A stretch of 64,000 bases of DNA from assembly GCF_009834535.1 (NCBI RefSeq), contig NC_045697.1:99450001-99514000 (forward strand), read 5' to 3'. This DNA is from Camelus ferus (taxonomy: Eukaryota). Each line of letters starts with the position of its first letter. Within the stretch, counting starts at the first letter, position 1. A program made the position numbers and the translations under genes. Under the pieces are notes generated by a model, which saw only the letters and a program-made list of their open reading frames with translations, had not been told where the DNA came from and searched no databases. This document shows positions 24,986 to 37,079 of this stretch, one piece after another.

Positions 24986-25959
24986 GGAAGTGAAAGTATG
25001 AATTGTTATTAAATTCTCAGTTGTGTTAGGAATTATGGTTTGCTTTGACTTTCCCTTGTAAAATTCCATTAATGTCAAATTTCATCTCTTTTTAAGCTTT
25101 TTTCTTTTTCTGATACACATTGCTAGTATTTATTTTATTGAAGCAGAAGGAAAATAAATACAATAATTGCACATATCAGCTGGCTCTACTGATGATGCTG
25201 TTTTTCATATAAAATGCAGCTGATTCCTTTTGCCTTTGGAAATAGGAGCAGCCTTTCACCTACAGAGCTGTAACTTTTCAAAATCAATGTCTCTCTGCTT
25301 TACTATCTTCGAGACCTTCTGGATTAAACTCAGTCCAGACAATGTCTGCTGACCTTCACAAATCATCAGCCTTGCAAAGCTAACAGAGTTTGCTGTGAGA
25401 ATTTGGGCTTTGACTCATCTGTGTTAAGATTTTTGAAACCTTTGGCAGAGCCTAGCCTTCAGAGTCTCTCCAAGCCTACACAGGCATTGTAAGTTTTTTT
25501 CCTTCTTTAACAAGTAATCTAACATGTGAAAATCCAAAGCTGTAGATTAGCTGGATCTATGTGAGATTACTCTCCTCTTTCCAGTCCCCTCGCCACCAGG
25601 TTCCTAGCACCTCCACCAGACAGAAGCACACCAAAGCCCCGCTCCTGGCATGACAAGGCTGCTCAATCAGTGAGTGGCAGAAGAATTTACTCAAGGTCTT
25701 CCTTGACCTAAGAGCTTCAAAGTCAGGCCTCTGAGGCAGTGCACACTGTTAGCAATGATTGATTTATCCCAGTTTTCAAGGACACATCCATGTGTCTCAT
25801 GCACTAGGCGATCCAAAGGATGGGTGAAGATAAGTGAATCAGATGTACAAAACATCCCAGATTAGACCTTTGCCTTTCAAAACTGGTGTGTTAGAATCAG
25901 AATCTGGAAAGGGCACAGATTTGAGCAGTAAACAGGCCTGATGAGTGTGATTCACAACT

Positions 25960-26120
25960 TTGTTATTGGCCAGGGCTGTAACTACTCTGAGCTTTGATTT
26001 TCTAACAATGGCAGGGGGGATATTACTTCTAAAGTTGCAGTGAGGAGTAAATTAAGTAGCTCACGTAGAAGACATGCAGTGAAGGCCGGCTCCTAACGTG
26101 CGCTGGTTCCCTGAATAAAC
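25960..26120 (+). mobile_element. MIR SINE (degenerate)
   Basis: 'actctgagctttgattttct...ttgcagtgaggagtaaattaag...cctgaataaacg'. Confidence 0.6.
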
Positions 26121-27799
26121 GTCTGCCTCTCTCTGCTTGCTATCCGTAACAGAGGTTTTAAGAAGCCTCATTCTGACAGGTACAGAGTTCTCTCTCAAAT
26201 ATCCACCTCTCAGACCAGAGATCCATGGCTTGCCCAATTTGACATGCATGTGGATAGATGTGCCCTGGGAATTAATCTAAGAAGGAGTTCCACCTTAGTT
26301 CAGAATACAAGTATATCCATAAAAATAGGAGCAGGGTAAAAAATCGTACTGCTGAAAATGACAAATGTGAAGTTTGGGGATTCAAAGCTGAATCATCACA
26401 AAATAATAAATGGTGTTAAGTGAATCCCCCTGTATTACCACTAAGGTCACCAGAGGCCGGGAACATGTGTATCACTGGAGGCAGGTGTAGGAGCTGCTGT
26501 AGAAACCTACAGCCTGACCTGGTCTGGAATAGCCAAGCCCTCGGCAGGCACGGCCAGGACTGCCCCAGATTCCCCTTCTAGCTGCCGTCTCCTTTTTGGG
26601 TGATCCCACCCAGTTTAAGTCTTGATTAGTATCACTTTGAACCTAATATCTTTTGATCAGTGTTGAGAGACGAACCACAAATCTTTTTGTGCCAATTATT
26701 CCGACACAGAATGAGGGGGATTTTATACCACACAGGCTATTTTTCATCTCAAAGACTTCCAACCTTTTACGTAAATGGATTAGGGCCAGCATCCCTTACA
26801 TGAGCAATATCCACAATGTTCAGCTATGAATCCCTGAATGATACATTCTGGGATGCTTTTTCTCCAAACTCCAAGGCTTTTTGGAATATTTTCACTAGTT
26901 TGGAAGTGGGGAGAGGCACTCAGGATAGTAAGGAAGGAAATCACTAAACATTACAGCTGCAATGGGTCATGGGAAGTGTGTGTGCATGAGATGGGGGGGT
27001 GGTGGGGAATGAATGAGAAAGATGAAAAGGGAAAAAGAAAGGAACAGAGGAAGAGAGATCCAAGGCTCTCAGAAAGGGTTCCATTCCCTCTACTGCTCAG
27101 GTACATGACTTCAGTTATCAAAATGGCCGAGAGTTTGCAAATCTGTCACACAGATTCTCAGAGAAGTGCTGAGGGTAGCCACAAAATCAGGGGAGGGAGA
27201 CCCCATAAGTGGTACTTACCACACAACTTGCTAACAATTTCTATATGTTATTAAGTTGTAACGCCCAAGAATAAAAAGGTCATTGGAGTGGGGAGGGTAT
27301 GGTTGATAGTATTAAATTCTTAACACAGCACAGTTTTCTGTGCTGTCTCTACCATTCTACAAAAACACACTCAGCTGCCAAGTGCAGGCAGCTCTTTTAT
27401 TTGTGATAATAAATAGAAACAATACTGAATTTTTCCCTGTATTTAGAGTTTTCAAACATTTAAAATGTATACTTTAGGTACTACATAAATGTCAATCTTA
27501 TCCTTATTTTAACTGCTTTTGGTGAACAGAAAAGGAAGGATAAATTGAGGAATAAAGATCATACAATAACTACAAAAAATACTGGTAATTTTTTAATGAC
27601 TATAGAAATCACTACATGGAAAATATTACTTGGAATTCAACTCACTTCCAAATTAAGTGACCACTGTTCACACTGCACTATACACAGATTATAGACTATA
27701 ATCCTTCCCAATAAAATTAGTTTCTTAAAAAACCATTAAACCACACAATATTTAGCATTAAAATGTGAAGATTTTAAAATTTTGTATGCAAAGTTGATT

Positions 27800-28272
27800 C
27801 CTGTAATTATAATAGCCATTCCTAAAACTCAGTGGCTTACAACAACCATTTTGTTTTAGTGAGTCAAGAATTTGGGAAAGGCTCATTGCATCAGCAGAAG
27901 GCTCCACAGGGCTGGCCACCCAACATGGTTCTTCTGCATGGCAGGCAAGTGACAGGAGCTGTTGGCTGGGGGTTCTACTGGAGCTGTCAACACAGAGTCT
28001 ACCTCCAGCCTCTCCAGCACAGTAGTGTCAAGGTGGCCGGACTTCTTAGGCTACACTGGCCTCCTCCAGAGCAAGGGTCCCAGAGACTAGAAGAAAGTTA
28101 CCACGGCCTTTTCTGACCTAGCTTTGGAAACCTTTGGTCACAAAGCATGATTTCCATGTATTCTATTGGTCCAAGGAGTCACAAGTCCGCCCAGATGCAG
28201 AGAGATACAGACCTCCCCTCTCAATGGGAAGAGTGTCAGAAAGTTTGGGTGCCATGTTTTACAACTGTCACA
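27800..28272 (-). mobile_element. MLT1-family MaLR solo LTR
   Basis: 'aaaactcagtggcttacaacaacc...catggcaggcaagtga...gccttttctgacctagc...attctattggtc...agtcacaag...tgggaagagtgtca'. Confidence 0.85.
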
Positions 28273-28619
28273 ATGGTTCTGTCAGTCTTTGCGTTCTCCA
28301 TCATTTTTTGTAGATAGTTTAATTTGTGTCCATAAACCTCAGCGCACACAGGCTTTGTACCTAACAGGTGTTTGATAAATGCCTAAAAGGCATATCATGA
28401 GTACTTTTCTTAGAGGGAAGAGTAGGGCATGGCCATGAACTTGAAGTCAACTCACAAAGGAGTGTTCAAAAATCTGGGGTGTATCTGAGTGCTTAACCAA
28501 GGGTCTCTGCCTAGGCACCTTTCAGACTAATTGGGCCAGTTCTTATATTTGTAAGAATGAAAACAAGCATATTCAGTAAAGAGAATCCAACCAAGAGCTT
28601 ACTCTATCAGCTTTTAAGT

Positions 28620-28860
28620 GAGAAAACCGTGGAGTTGAATTCTGACCCTATCACTTATAAACTGGGCCCTAAAATGCGATGCTGCATCCCTCTTAAAATC
28701 TGGTCTCTCATTTTTAAAACAATAGCAAAAATACCACCTATCTCATATTGCTGTCATGAGGATTAAATGTGTAAATACCTATAAAAGGCTAAGACTAAGA
28801 CCAGACACATAGTTGTCACACAGTAAATATGTGTTGGTTTTGTATCATTATTACTATTCA
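28620..28860 (+). mobile_element. MIR SINE
   Basis: 'tctctcatttttaaaacaatagcaaaaataccacctatctcatattgctgtcatgaggattaaatg'. Confidence 0.75.
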
Positions 28861-29464
28861 AAAATTCTTAGACCATTCCATAGTATGTGGTAAGCACTCC
28901 ATAAAGGTTAACTCTTAATATAACCCAACTAACCCTCACCTTGTCCAGTTTCTATCCTCTCTCTACCTTTCCTCTACACCCAAAAAATAAGGGGTTGCTG
29001 ACAAAATTCACAATTTGACAGATCAGACTTTCAGAACTTCATACCCTCCTTCTTTCTGTTCTGAAAAATGCAAAAAAGAACAATGGAAATGTCCAAAGAT
29101 GGGTAACTTTAAGAAAGATCAGGCTTTGTTTTTTCCTTGAGTAACCATATAATCAATATGTGATTTTATCAGCTTGGACTTGACCTAAGAAAACAATTTT
29201 CAACTTGATTGTTGCAACTTCAAAATGCTATTATCCTGTAGAAGGCAAAGTATGGAGTCTTTCTCTTTTGATGAGTTTCAACTATAGCGTGGCTGCCTCT
29301 TTCTTCAGCAGAGGAGAGAGCACCAAGGAGCAAAATTCATGTGGTATGTCTAGAGGTGTGATGCTAAGAAAGGAGGAGGAGGGATGACTTTTGTAGCAGA
29401 GGGCCTACCTATCATCATATGTAATTAAATCATCCTACAGAGAAGGATAACACTGCAGTTGTCT

Positions 29465-29740
29465 TCTTTTTCTGTTTTATAAATAAGTTCATTTGTTTCA
29501 ATTTTTCTTGGATTCCACATATAAGTGATATTGTATGATACTTGTCTTCCTCTGTCTGACTTACTTCACATAGTATGATAATCTCTAGGTCCATCCATGT
29601 TGCTCCAAATGGCATTACTTCTTTCTTTTTATGGCTGAATAGTATTCCATTGTGTATATATCACGTCTTCTTTATCTAGTCATCTGTCTATGGACACTTA
29701 GGTTGCTTCCATGTCATGGCTACTGAAAATAGTGCTGCTA
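29465..29740 (-). mobile_element. LINE-1 fragment (3' region)
   Basis: ORF 29430-29615 MPFGATWMDLEIIILCEVSQTEEDKYHTISLICGI is the familiar translated L1 3'-region signature. Confidence 0.92.
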
Positions 29741-30272
29741 GTTGGTGTTTTTTTTTTTTTAATGCTAATCTAAACACAAGCCAGACTCTTAAATTCTGTG
29801 ACAACGTTCACCGTTGCATTTCTGAAACCCACTTCAGTATTTAGCACTTAGCAAAGGCTTCAGAAGTATTTGCTGAATGAGTTGCATACATTCATGTTAA
29901 AATAAATGCCTAGGAAAGGAACCCTCTAAATGTTTTAATCTAAGTAAGTACTCTGACTTTGAGGCCTACAGAGCATCTTATTTTAGTCTATTATAATCTT
30001 GTTTTTCCATTATGAAAAGGTTTCTCCCTTTTGAAAAGGAGCTTACTTTTTCAGTTCACTGATGAAAATCATCAGGAAAAAGGAGAACACATTCCGGAGG
30101 GGAAAAAGGCAAGCATCAAAAGTGAAGGCAGCACCCCAAAACAAGCAAACAAACTGCACAGCAGCTCTGCAGCCGACACCCAAGAACCAAAATGAAATTG
30201 GCCTTTGATTATTTAGCAAAGACTAAATTAGAACATTGAAAAATAAGTCCTTGAAATAAAAATGGCACCTAC

Positions 30273-30850
30273 AAGACAATGAACAAGTTGTAAAGCCTCA
30301 ACACGAAGCAGGCAAGTGTCTTCAAGTGAGCCCCTGAGAGGGGAGGGCACCTACCGAAGGCAGCTCCAGGTTTGCGCCTATTGTTATCTGTATTTGAACC
30401 TGACTGAGCCTCGAGCACACACAGAAATGATTTCCCCCTCCTGCTTCCGGTCAAGGTAGTTAGTTTTTAAAAAAATCACAGGAAAGCAGAAATGCCCCTT
30501 CCCTCTCTGTGGGGGAACCTCCTTCATGCTACAGACCGCACAGCAGTGTCTGGCTGGCCAGCCTGCTTGCCAGCCTGGGGTCCTTATGAGAACTGCCAAA
30601 CTTCCCACTGCAGACAACAGCGAGCCACGGAAATGGAAGGGCGGCATCCTTCTGCCCCCAACTCCAGCTTCCAGGATCACTTCCCTAAGCCTCAACCTCT
30701 GGAGCCTCCTTTATCTCTCAATTCCTGGGGATTCATACAGTGCCTTGTCATTGTTTGGGAGGACAAAAACAACTCGTAGTTTCTCAACATTTGTCTGGAA
30801 GCGCTGCCGCGGAGGAGACACGTGTGCGCCGATCGGGGCGCACGCGCGCG
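30273..30850 (-). promoter_or_regulatory. Candidate promoter and non-coding first exon with two alternative donors
   Basis: CpG-rich patch at 30800-30872 next to a (CG)/(CA) repeat; identical GTAGGTGCC donor motifs at 30354 and 30272 on the minus strand. Confidence 0.45.
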
Positions 30851-30864
30851 CGGGCACTCACGCG

Positions 30865-30913
<49 letters not shown>
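30838..30913. repeat. (CG)n-(CA)n alternating purine/pyrimidine tract (Z-DNA-prone)
   Basis: gcgcacgcgcgcgcg...cacgcgcgcgcgcg followed by ~(CA)20. Confidence 0.95.
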
Positions 30914-30917
<4 letters not shown>

Positions 30918-31960
30918 TACCCCCCCCAACCTCATCCTCAGAAACACCATCCACACGGGCTGCATGCTGCCCTGAACTTGCGCCACCCAGCTGATTCCGC
31001 CAGCTTTTTCCTGGAGATACATTCCTGCACCTCCAGGAAACCGGGTGGGAGCCAACGCTTGCCCAGCTGTCTAATTTTACAGCTTTTACGCAGAAGTGAG
31101 ACCCACTCCCACATTCCTACTGCCCCTCTGAGCTTTAACTATTAACAACAGAGGGATAAAGAGGCCCACTTTTTGAACACTGAGAAATCCAAAGTGGCAG
31201 AGAGTAAATATCAACACACACACACACCAGCCCAGGACTTAAAGAAAAAAAAATCACTTCATTTCTTACATCCACAGCCTCACAATAATCATACTTTTAA
31301 AAAATGATGAAAATGTATCATCAGACATCCTCTGTCAGATTCAATAACTGAATTTTTCATATTTATAATTTTACAAGGACCAGGATTTTTTTTTAAGAGC
31401 ATCTGCCTTATGTTCTCAGTGACCAGCTGGACAGATGGTCAGGAATATCATTAGTTAAGAAAGCTCTCATTCATTCTCTGAAAGTCCCTTGGGCAGGCTG
31501 GTGTGGGGGGCAAGAATGTCCCAGAATGCGCTATTTGAAGAATGTGTGTGTGTCTGAGATGTGAGGCCAGGCAGTGGGCGTGGGGGTGCAGGGGGAGGAA
31601 CACACAGCCAGTTGTGATCCAAGCAGCAACCACGAACACCTCAGCAGCGGTATGTCACCCAGACACTTCCGCCTTCCATTCCTGCCGGTCCCTCAGCAGT
31701 ATTAATAGTGAAGAAAACCATTTAGAGGTCACCATTGCTGCCAGTAATTCCTCCCTCTCTAGATGTGACTACCTCCCCCTTGGAAAACTATGAAGGGACC
31801 TGAAGAGGCTATGTTCACTGAAACTGTCACCTCTCTGGCACCTCTTCTGGGTTCACAGGAAAGATGTCAAAAGAAACAGGGAGTCTGATGTGTTCATCTC
31901 AATAATAGTGATTCCAGGGTAAAATGTCTCAAGTTTAAGTCACCACTCCACCTGGGTGAC

Positions 31961-31963
<3 letters not shown>

Positions 31964-31993
<30 letters not shown>
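31964..31993. repeat. (TG)n microsatellite
   Basis: Directly visible. Confidence 0.95.
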
Positions 31994-31994
<1 letters not shown>

Positions 31995-32629
31995 GGGGGA
32001 GGCAGAGGATGACAACAGGATTTAGTGAATCTGATGGGAGGACCAGAATCAACAGATCTGCAACTGTCTGGGTCTTCTGTACCAATTTATATCTACCTTT
32101 CCAGCTAAATCTCTTATGAACTTCCATTAGAGGGACTCTGGGACCAGCAAATGAGTTCCTTGGCCCCTTGGATCTGTCTTCCTATTGGGCACTCGGCACC
32201 CACTGGGTGTGAGGTGCTCCACCGGGAACCCACAGGAATACAAGAGGAGCAGAGGTGTGGGGTCACCAGCTGGCCATTTCGGGGGAGAGAGTGCACAGGA
32301 ACAGACATCAATCAACATTCATAGTTTCAGACACTGGAGAAAATTGTCATCATAATCACTCATACATTGCTTTTTGCCAACAACTCACACTGGTACTTTG
32401 GAAAGATCTAAGGAATCAGTGAGAAATCTTATGGGTTAGGTAGGAACCTTGTTTGGTCATCAAAGCCTAACAAGGGGCCAGGTTCAAAGAAGGGAGCAAA
32501 GAAATCAGAAAAGAAAGGACACGTGGGTGACTGTCTATCTCCCGCTAGTTCCAGCTCCCCCTGGTTCTTGGAGAACATCTCAGGCAGAATCCTCAGCTGC
32601 CACCATAACTGGCCTTTAGCAGGAGAAAA

Positions 32630-32870
32630 CTAATAACAACAGTAACAATAATTGCTTCCCGTGTCCAGTGCTTACTGTAGACTCCGCACTAGGCTCAATG
32701 CTGGTGGTCCATCACTTCGTTTAATGCTCTTAACGTCTCTCTGAGCCTGGTATTATTGCCAGTTTACAGATAACAAAACTGAGACTTGGAGAGGTTAAGT
32801 GACTAACCCAAGGTCTCACTGCTAGCAGGTGACAGTGGCAGGAACCAGATCCAGGGTATGTCCCCTTCCA
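32630..32870 (-). mobile_element. MIR SINE
   Basis: 'gtttacagataacaaaactgagacttggagaggttaagtgactaacccaaggtctcactgctag'. Confidence 0.85.
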
Positions 32871-34029
32871 GTGTCAGGGCCCCGAACTGCTTCTCTATAA
32901 GGAGTCTTTCCGTATATCCTGGCCAAGACATGGCTGGGATTTTCGAAAATTTAACTTTACTGAAGAATTAAGAAAAAAGCAAAATAGAAATTCATGGGGG
33001 GAAAAGAACAAGTTAAAATGCAAATCTCTTGTGCTCTTAATATCAAAATCTAAATGTCTATCAATTAATTAATTCACCAACCAATTTTCCTCCCAGGGTG
33101 TTATGAAGAACATCTAATGCATGTATATGCACTTCACAGATTTTAAACACAACATAAAAACTATGTATTATTGATTCTTTCTAGGAATAGTCTCTCTCTA
33201 TTCCTCAACTTCAGGACTGTGAGGATCAAATGAGGTATTATGGCTGAGGATTCTGCTCTAGATTTTTTGGTGCCATCTAAAAAAAAAAAAAAAAAAAGAT
33301 ACTTCACATTTAAATTTTCTATCTTCAAAATGAAAATGTGGACCTATTGCTTTTATAAAACAAACAACAGAAATAAAGTTAACTAATCTCCTTGACTGGT
33401 GGAGATCTTAAGAGGAAGGATACACATGGAAATGGGACAAATGAGATTTTTGTGCTCAGAGTCAGGAAAGTCTCCAGTCACTTTGTACTGACTTCACAGT
33501 TTTCTTCTCTGTCTCTTCAAGGTCCCGGTCTCCGGGCCCCGGGCAGCCCTGACTTCACCTATGCCCTACTTCTCTTGGTGTCCTTTGGTTCATCCCGCTT
33601 CACTGAGGCTGTTTCTACCCTTCTCAAAAGCTCTTTTTTCTCTGCTGTTTATTCTGAGCTAGTATTTGTCCTCTCTCACCCACAGCCTCTGCACGGGAGC
33701 CGTCTTGCCCAGAAACCTGCCTGCATCTTTTCTGTCCCTTCTCACCATCCACTGCAGTTTGTCCTTCCTGAAGACGGGCTGTCCCAGGGCTGTCTGCACG
33801 TGAATAGGGTCAGCTCCCATTCACATACAGACACAGAGAACACGTTCTCATCCTCAGTAAGTGCTGTTTCTATGAACCTGCCCAGTCGGCACTGCCACAG
33901 AAGGGAATTAGAGGCTGTTCCCTCCACACTCAACAAGATCTGGCGGCCCCATGTCAAAGGCAGTCCTGAAGCATCGCTCTGCTGGGGAGGCCCAGCCTTT
34001 ATCCATCACACTGCCCCTTCTCAATGTGC

Positions 34030-34245
34030 AGCTGGGTTTTGGAGTCAAATGGATTTGAATTCAAATTCCAGCTCTTGCAAAGCTCAGTGACATCAGCCAG
34101 GTCATTAGAAAGCTCCAAGCCTTGGTTTACTCATCCTCAAAGCGGGGCTGATGATAACAGCTATCTCATGGTTCCTGAGGTATTTACTAGGGATAATGCG
34201 TATGAAATCTTTGCATGGAGGACTAGTAGTATTTATCAGAGTAGC
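34030..34245 (+). mobile_element. MIR SINE
   Basis: 'ttggagtcaaatggatttgaattcaaattccagctct...ccaagccttggtttactcatc...gataacagctatctcatgg'. Confidence 0.8.
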
Positions 34246-37026
34246 TACTATCCCCTTCTCAGCAAAGCAGGGTTAAAAAACAAGTCAGCTCCTTCTGTCC
34301 CCTGATTCTTCTGGAAATGAATCAATCAGTTGCAATCAACAGTCTTTCCTAGAAGTTGAGGTCTGAACTTCCCTTCCTTCCTCCCTCCCTCTCACTCTTT
34401 CCAAGGGGCCTGAAAATAACAGGGACAAAGAATATCAGCAAAGGACAAGAAGGCACCGTCATGGTCAACTCCAGCACCAAAGAACAGAAATAAGATGTTG
34501 GAATTTAAAAAACTATCACCTACTCCCACACCAATCATTTCCAGCTTGATCAAACTGCGAAGCATGAGCCTTATGACCCCAACTTTAGTTTAGAAATGGC
34601 AGAAGAACCCTAGAGAAAAATAGGACTCTTTTAATCATTACCGTTTTTATGACACTTCTGGGCCTCCCACACCATGCTCTGAGGAGAACTACAAGAGCTC
34701 AGGGCTGTTAATGTGACACCAGCTCTGCCCTGGTGATGGGGGTGGCTGCGTGGAACTTTACTGTTAGAAGAACCCCACACTCCGTTCCAGAAGCCTGCCT
34801 GGACTTGGTGAGCCCATTTAGAACACATAAAAAGGGTGTAAAAATGAAAAGGCAGCTCTACATCCAGCTTGGTCTCCAGCACCCACTGTCAGGATGACAA
34901 GAGCTGCTTCGCACTGGGCTCAAGGGGAGGGAAGCTCCCAACTCAGCACAAGTTCCCCAGGGCCCAGCCTGAGGACTGGACAGGAGGGAAGACAGAAGGG
35001 GGACTTCCAGCCCCTGGGACCTGGGGACTGTGGCCATGGGAAGAAAGATGGGCAGGAGAGAGAGACAGAGAAGTCTGGATGGTGACTGTTACTAAACTAT
35101 GTCCACGAGGGCACATGAAACGCCCCAAGGGCTCTGCTCATCCAGCTATGAGAACTCTCTTTTGAATTCCATGCTGGGGTCACTAAGAAAAGCAGGCAAA
35201 ACCAGAACCAGGAGCTCAGTGCCCTCTCTATTCTGGGGTTCACCAGTGGCAAGGAAACCCCTGCCTCCCTCTCCAAAAAGGAAGTCAGACTCTTCAGCAG
35301 AATGGTCTTTAAAAATGGAAGGAAGCAGGGGAAATTAAATTCATGAATGAATACAGTTAACGTAAGAAGCAAATAGTAGTGCTGCATATCTATATTTTTA
35401 CTCCTTTTATGGGGAAGCTAAAGAGTAAACAACCTCCATCTCCAAAAGAAAGTTTCCTCTGAATCCTAAAAAGTTTAGTCGATGTTTAGCCATTCCTAAG
35501 AGTGGTTGATATTTCCCAGATGACCCCAGACCAAAGACTGACTGTGTTACTAAATCCCGAGCCCTTCGTCTTATTTACTGCCCTGTTTATAGGCATTCAA
35601 AGCCAAAGACAGGAAGTTAGCAGAATATTCATGTTTTAATTGTTCTGTAAAAGTCTCAGACTGACCTGTAAAACCGTATGGAACTATGGAAGGTGTAATT
35701 CAGCCCAAAATGCATGTTTACAAAATGCAAGACAGTTGCTTGGATTTATTTCAAATGTATCTAAGAAAAAATATATATATATACTACTCTCTTGCACAAA
35801 GAATGCCAGAGTGTGTGGTAGTTAATTTGGGGGAAAAGAAGCACATGTGATTACATACATTTTTGAAGTAAAGGTTAATCTGCAGGAAACAGGAAGTTAA
35901 GACGTGTAATTAACCCAAAGGTACACAATATAAAGAATGGAAGGTAAAGACTAACAAAGGAACTAGAAGAAGCTAGAATGAGTTAGCACAGAAGTGCGTG
36001 CAGAAATGACACACGGCTGAAGTATCTCTTCTTTAGTGCATTTCCTCCTTTAACCATCACAGACAGAAGTTCCAGTCATGGGTCAGAATGTGCCTGGAGA
36101 CAGTGTTATTCAAAGCATGGTTCCTGGACTTGGAGTTCATCCCCAAACTGATAATGTCCCACACTCCCAAGATAAGTATGAGTTTTTTGAGCAGGCATTT
36201 GGCAGCCATTAAGCAATCTGTAATTGAAGGAACATCCAAGCAGGTGATCATTTTTCTAGCAATTCATTTTTACTGTATTTTCTCAATGTATTTGTCCACC
36301 ATGGACTGGAAATAGAAGAAACCGGTCTTTCACCAGAGGCAGTGTGGAGAGCCCTGCTAAAAACCTGAAACCTAAAACTGCAGACGGTAAGCTCTCAACA
36401 TAGAGTTAAGAAAATACATGAAAATCTTCCATTGTTCAGTTTTTACCTTTGATTTATGTTTCCCCAATGCAGAAGGCTGCCTGGCTGGTGCAGGAAATGA
36501 TGAGAGAAGCAAGATGTGATGGCTATTTTAGCTGAAGACACTGATTCCACTCAAACCAATCCCTGACTTTAAACTGTTGATCTATTCCACAGAAGGCAAA
36601 ACCCCATGTGATCTCCCTGTTTGTTTGTGTGTAAAACTGAATTCTGAACTGAATAGTCTACTACAGAGGAAAAGGAATTAAGGCTTTTAATGATTACACA
36701 CAGCCAAATATTCATACATCACTCAAAACAAAATCCAGGAACTGCTCGGTGGGTTCATTTCTCCCCCATGAATCTTACAATACATGGAATGCTTTACATT
36801 CTCGACCTCTTTATTTTTTGTTTTACTCTCTGTAGTTACAGCAGTATCATAGTTATCTTCTCAAAATATTTGAGGCTTCCTCTGCCTAGATATTTTTTCC
36901 CCTAGAATTCTGTTTATGCAGAGGTGTGGGTATAAAAGATGTCCCTGTCATAACATTAAATATACCAAGAAAACCAAAATACTTATACACATTTGTACAC
37001 AAGCACAAGTGTAAACACACACTTAC

Positions 37027-37079
37027 AACCCACTCCTGAAGTCTCACCAGCAAAACCTTCCCTGGCTCACTGTCTATCA
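37027..37079 (-). other. Candidate short exon (53 nt; alternative donor gives 37048-37079)
   Basis: Acceptor 'ctgtttctcttctcag|'; donors CTG|GTGAGA (37047) and GTT|GTAAGT (37026). Confidence 0.35.

Noticed and set aside
29430..29615. 61-aa ORF resembling database 'hypothetical proteins'
   Set aside because: It is a LINE-1 fragment
33392..34090. Longest ORF (232 aa)
   Set aside because: Non-ATG start, Ser/Leu-rich composition from pyrimidine-rich DNA, ends inside a MIR, no domain
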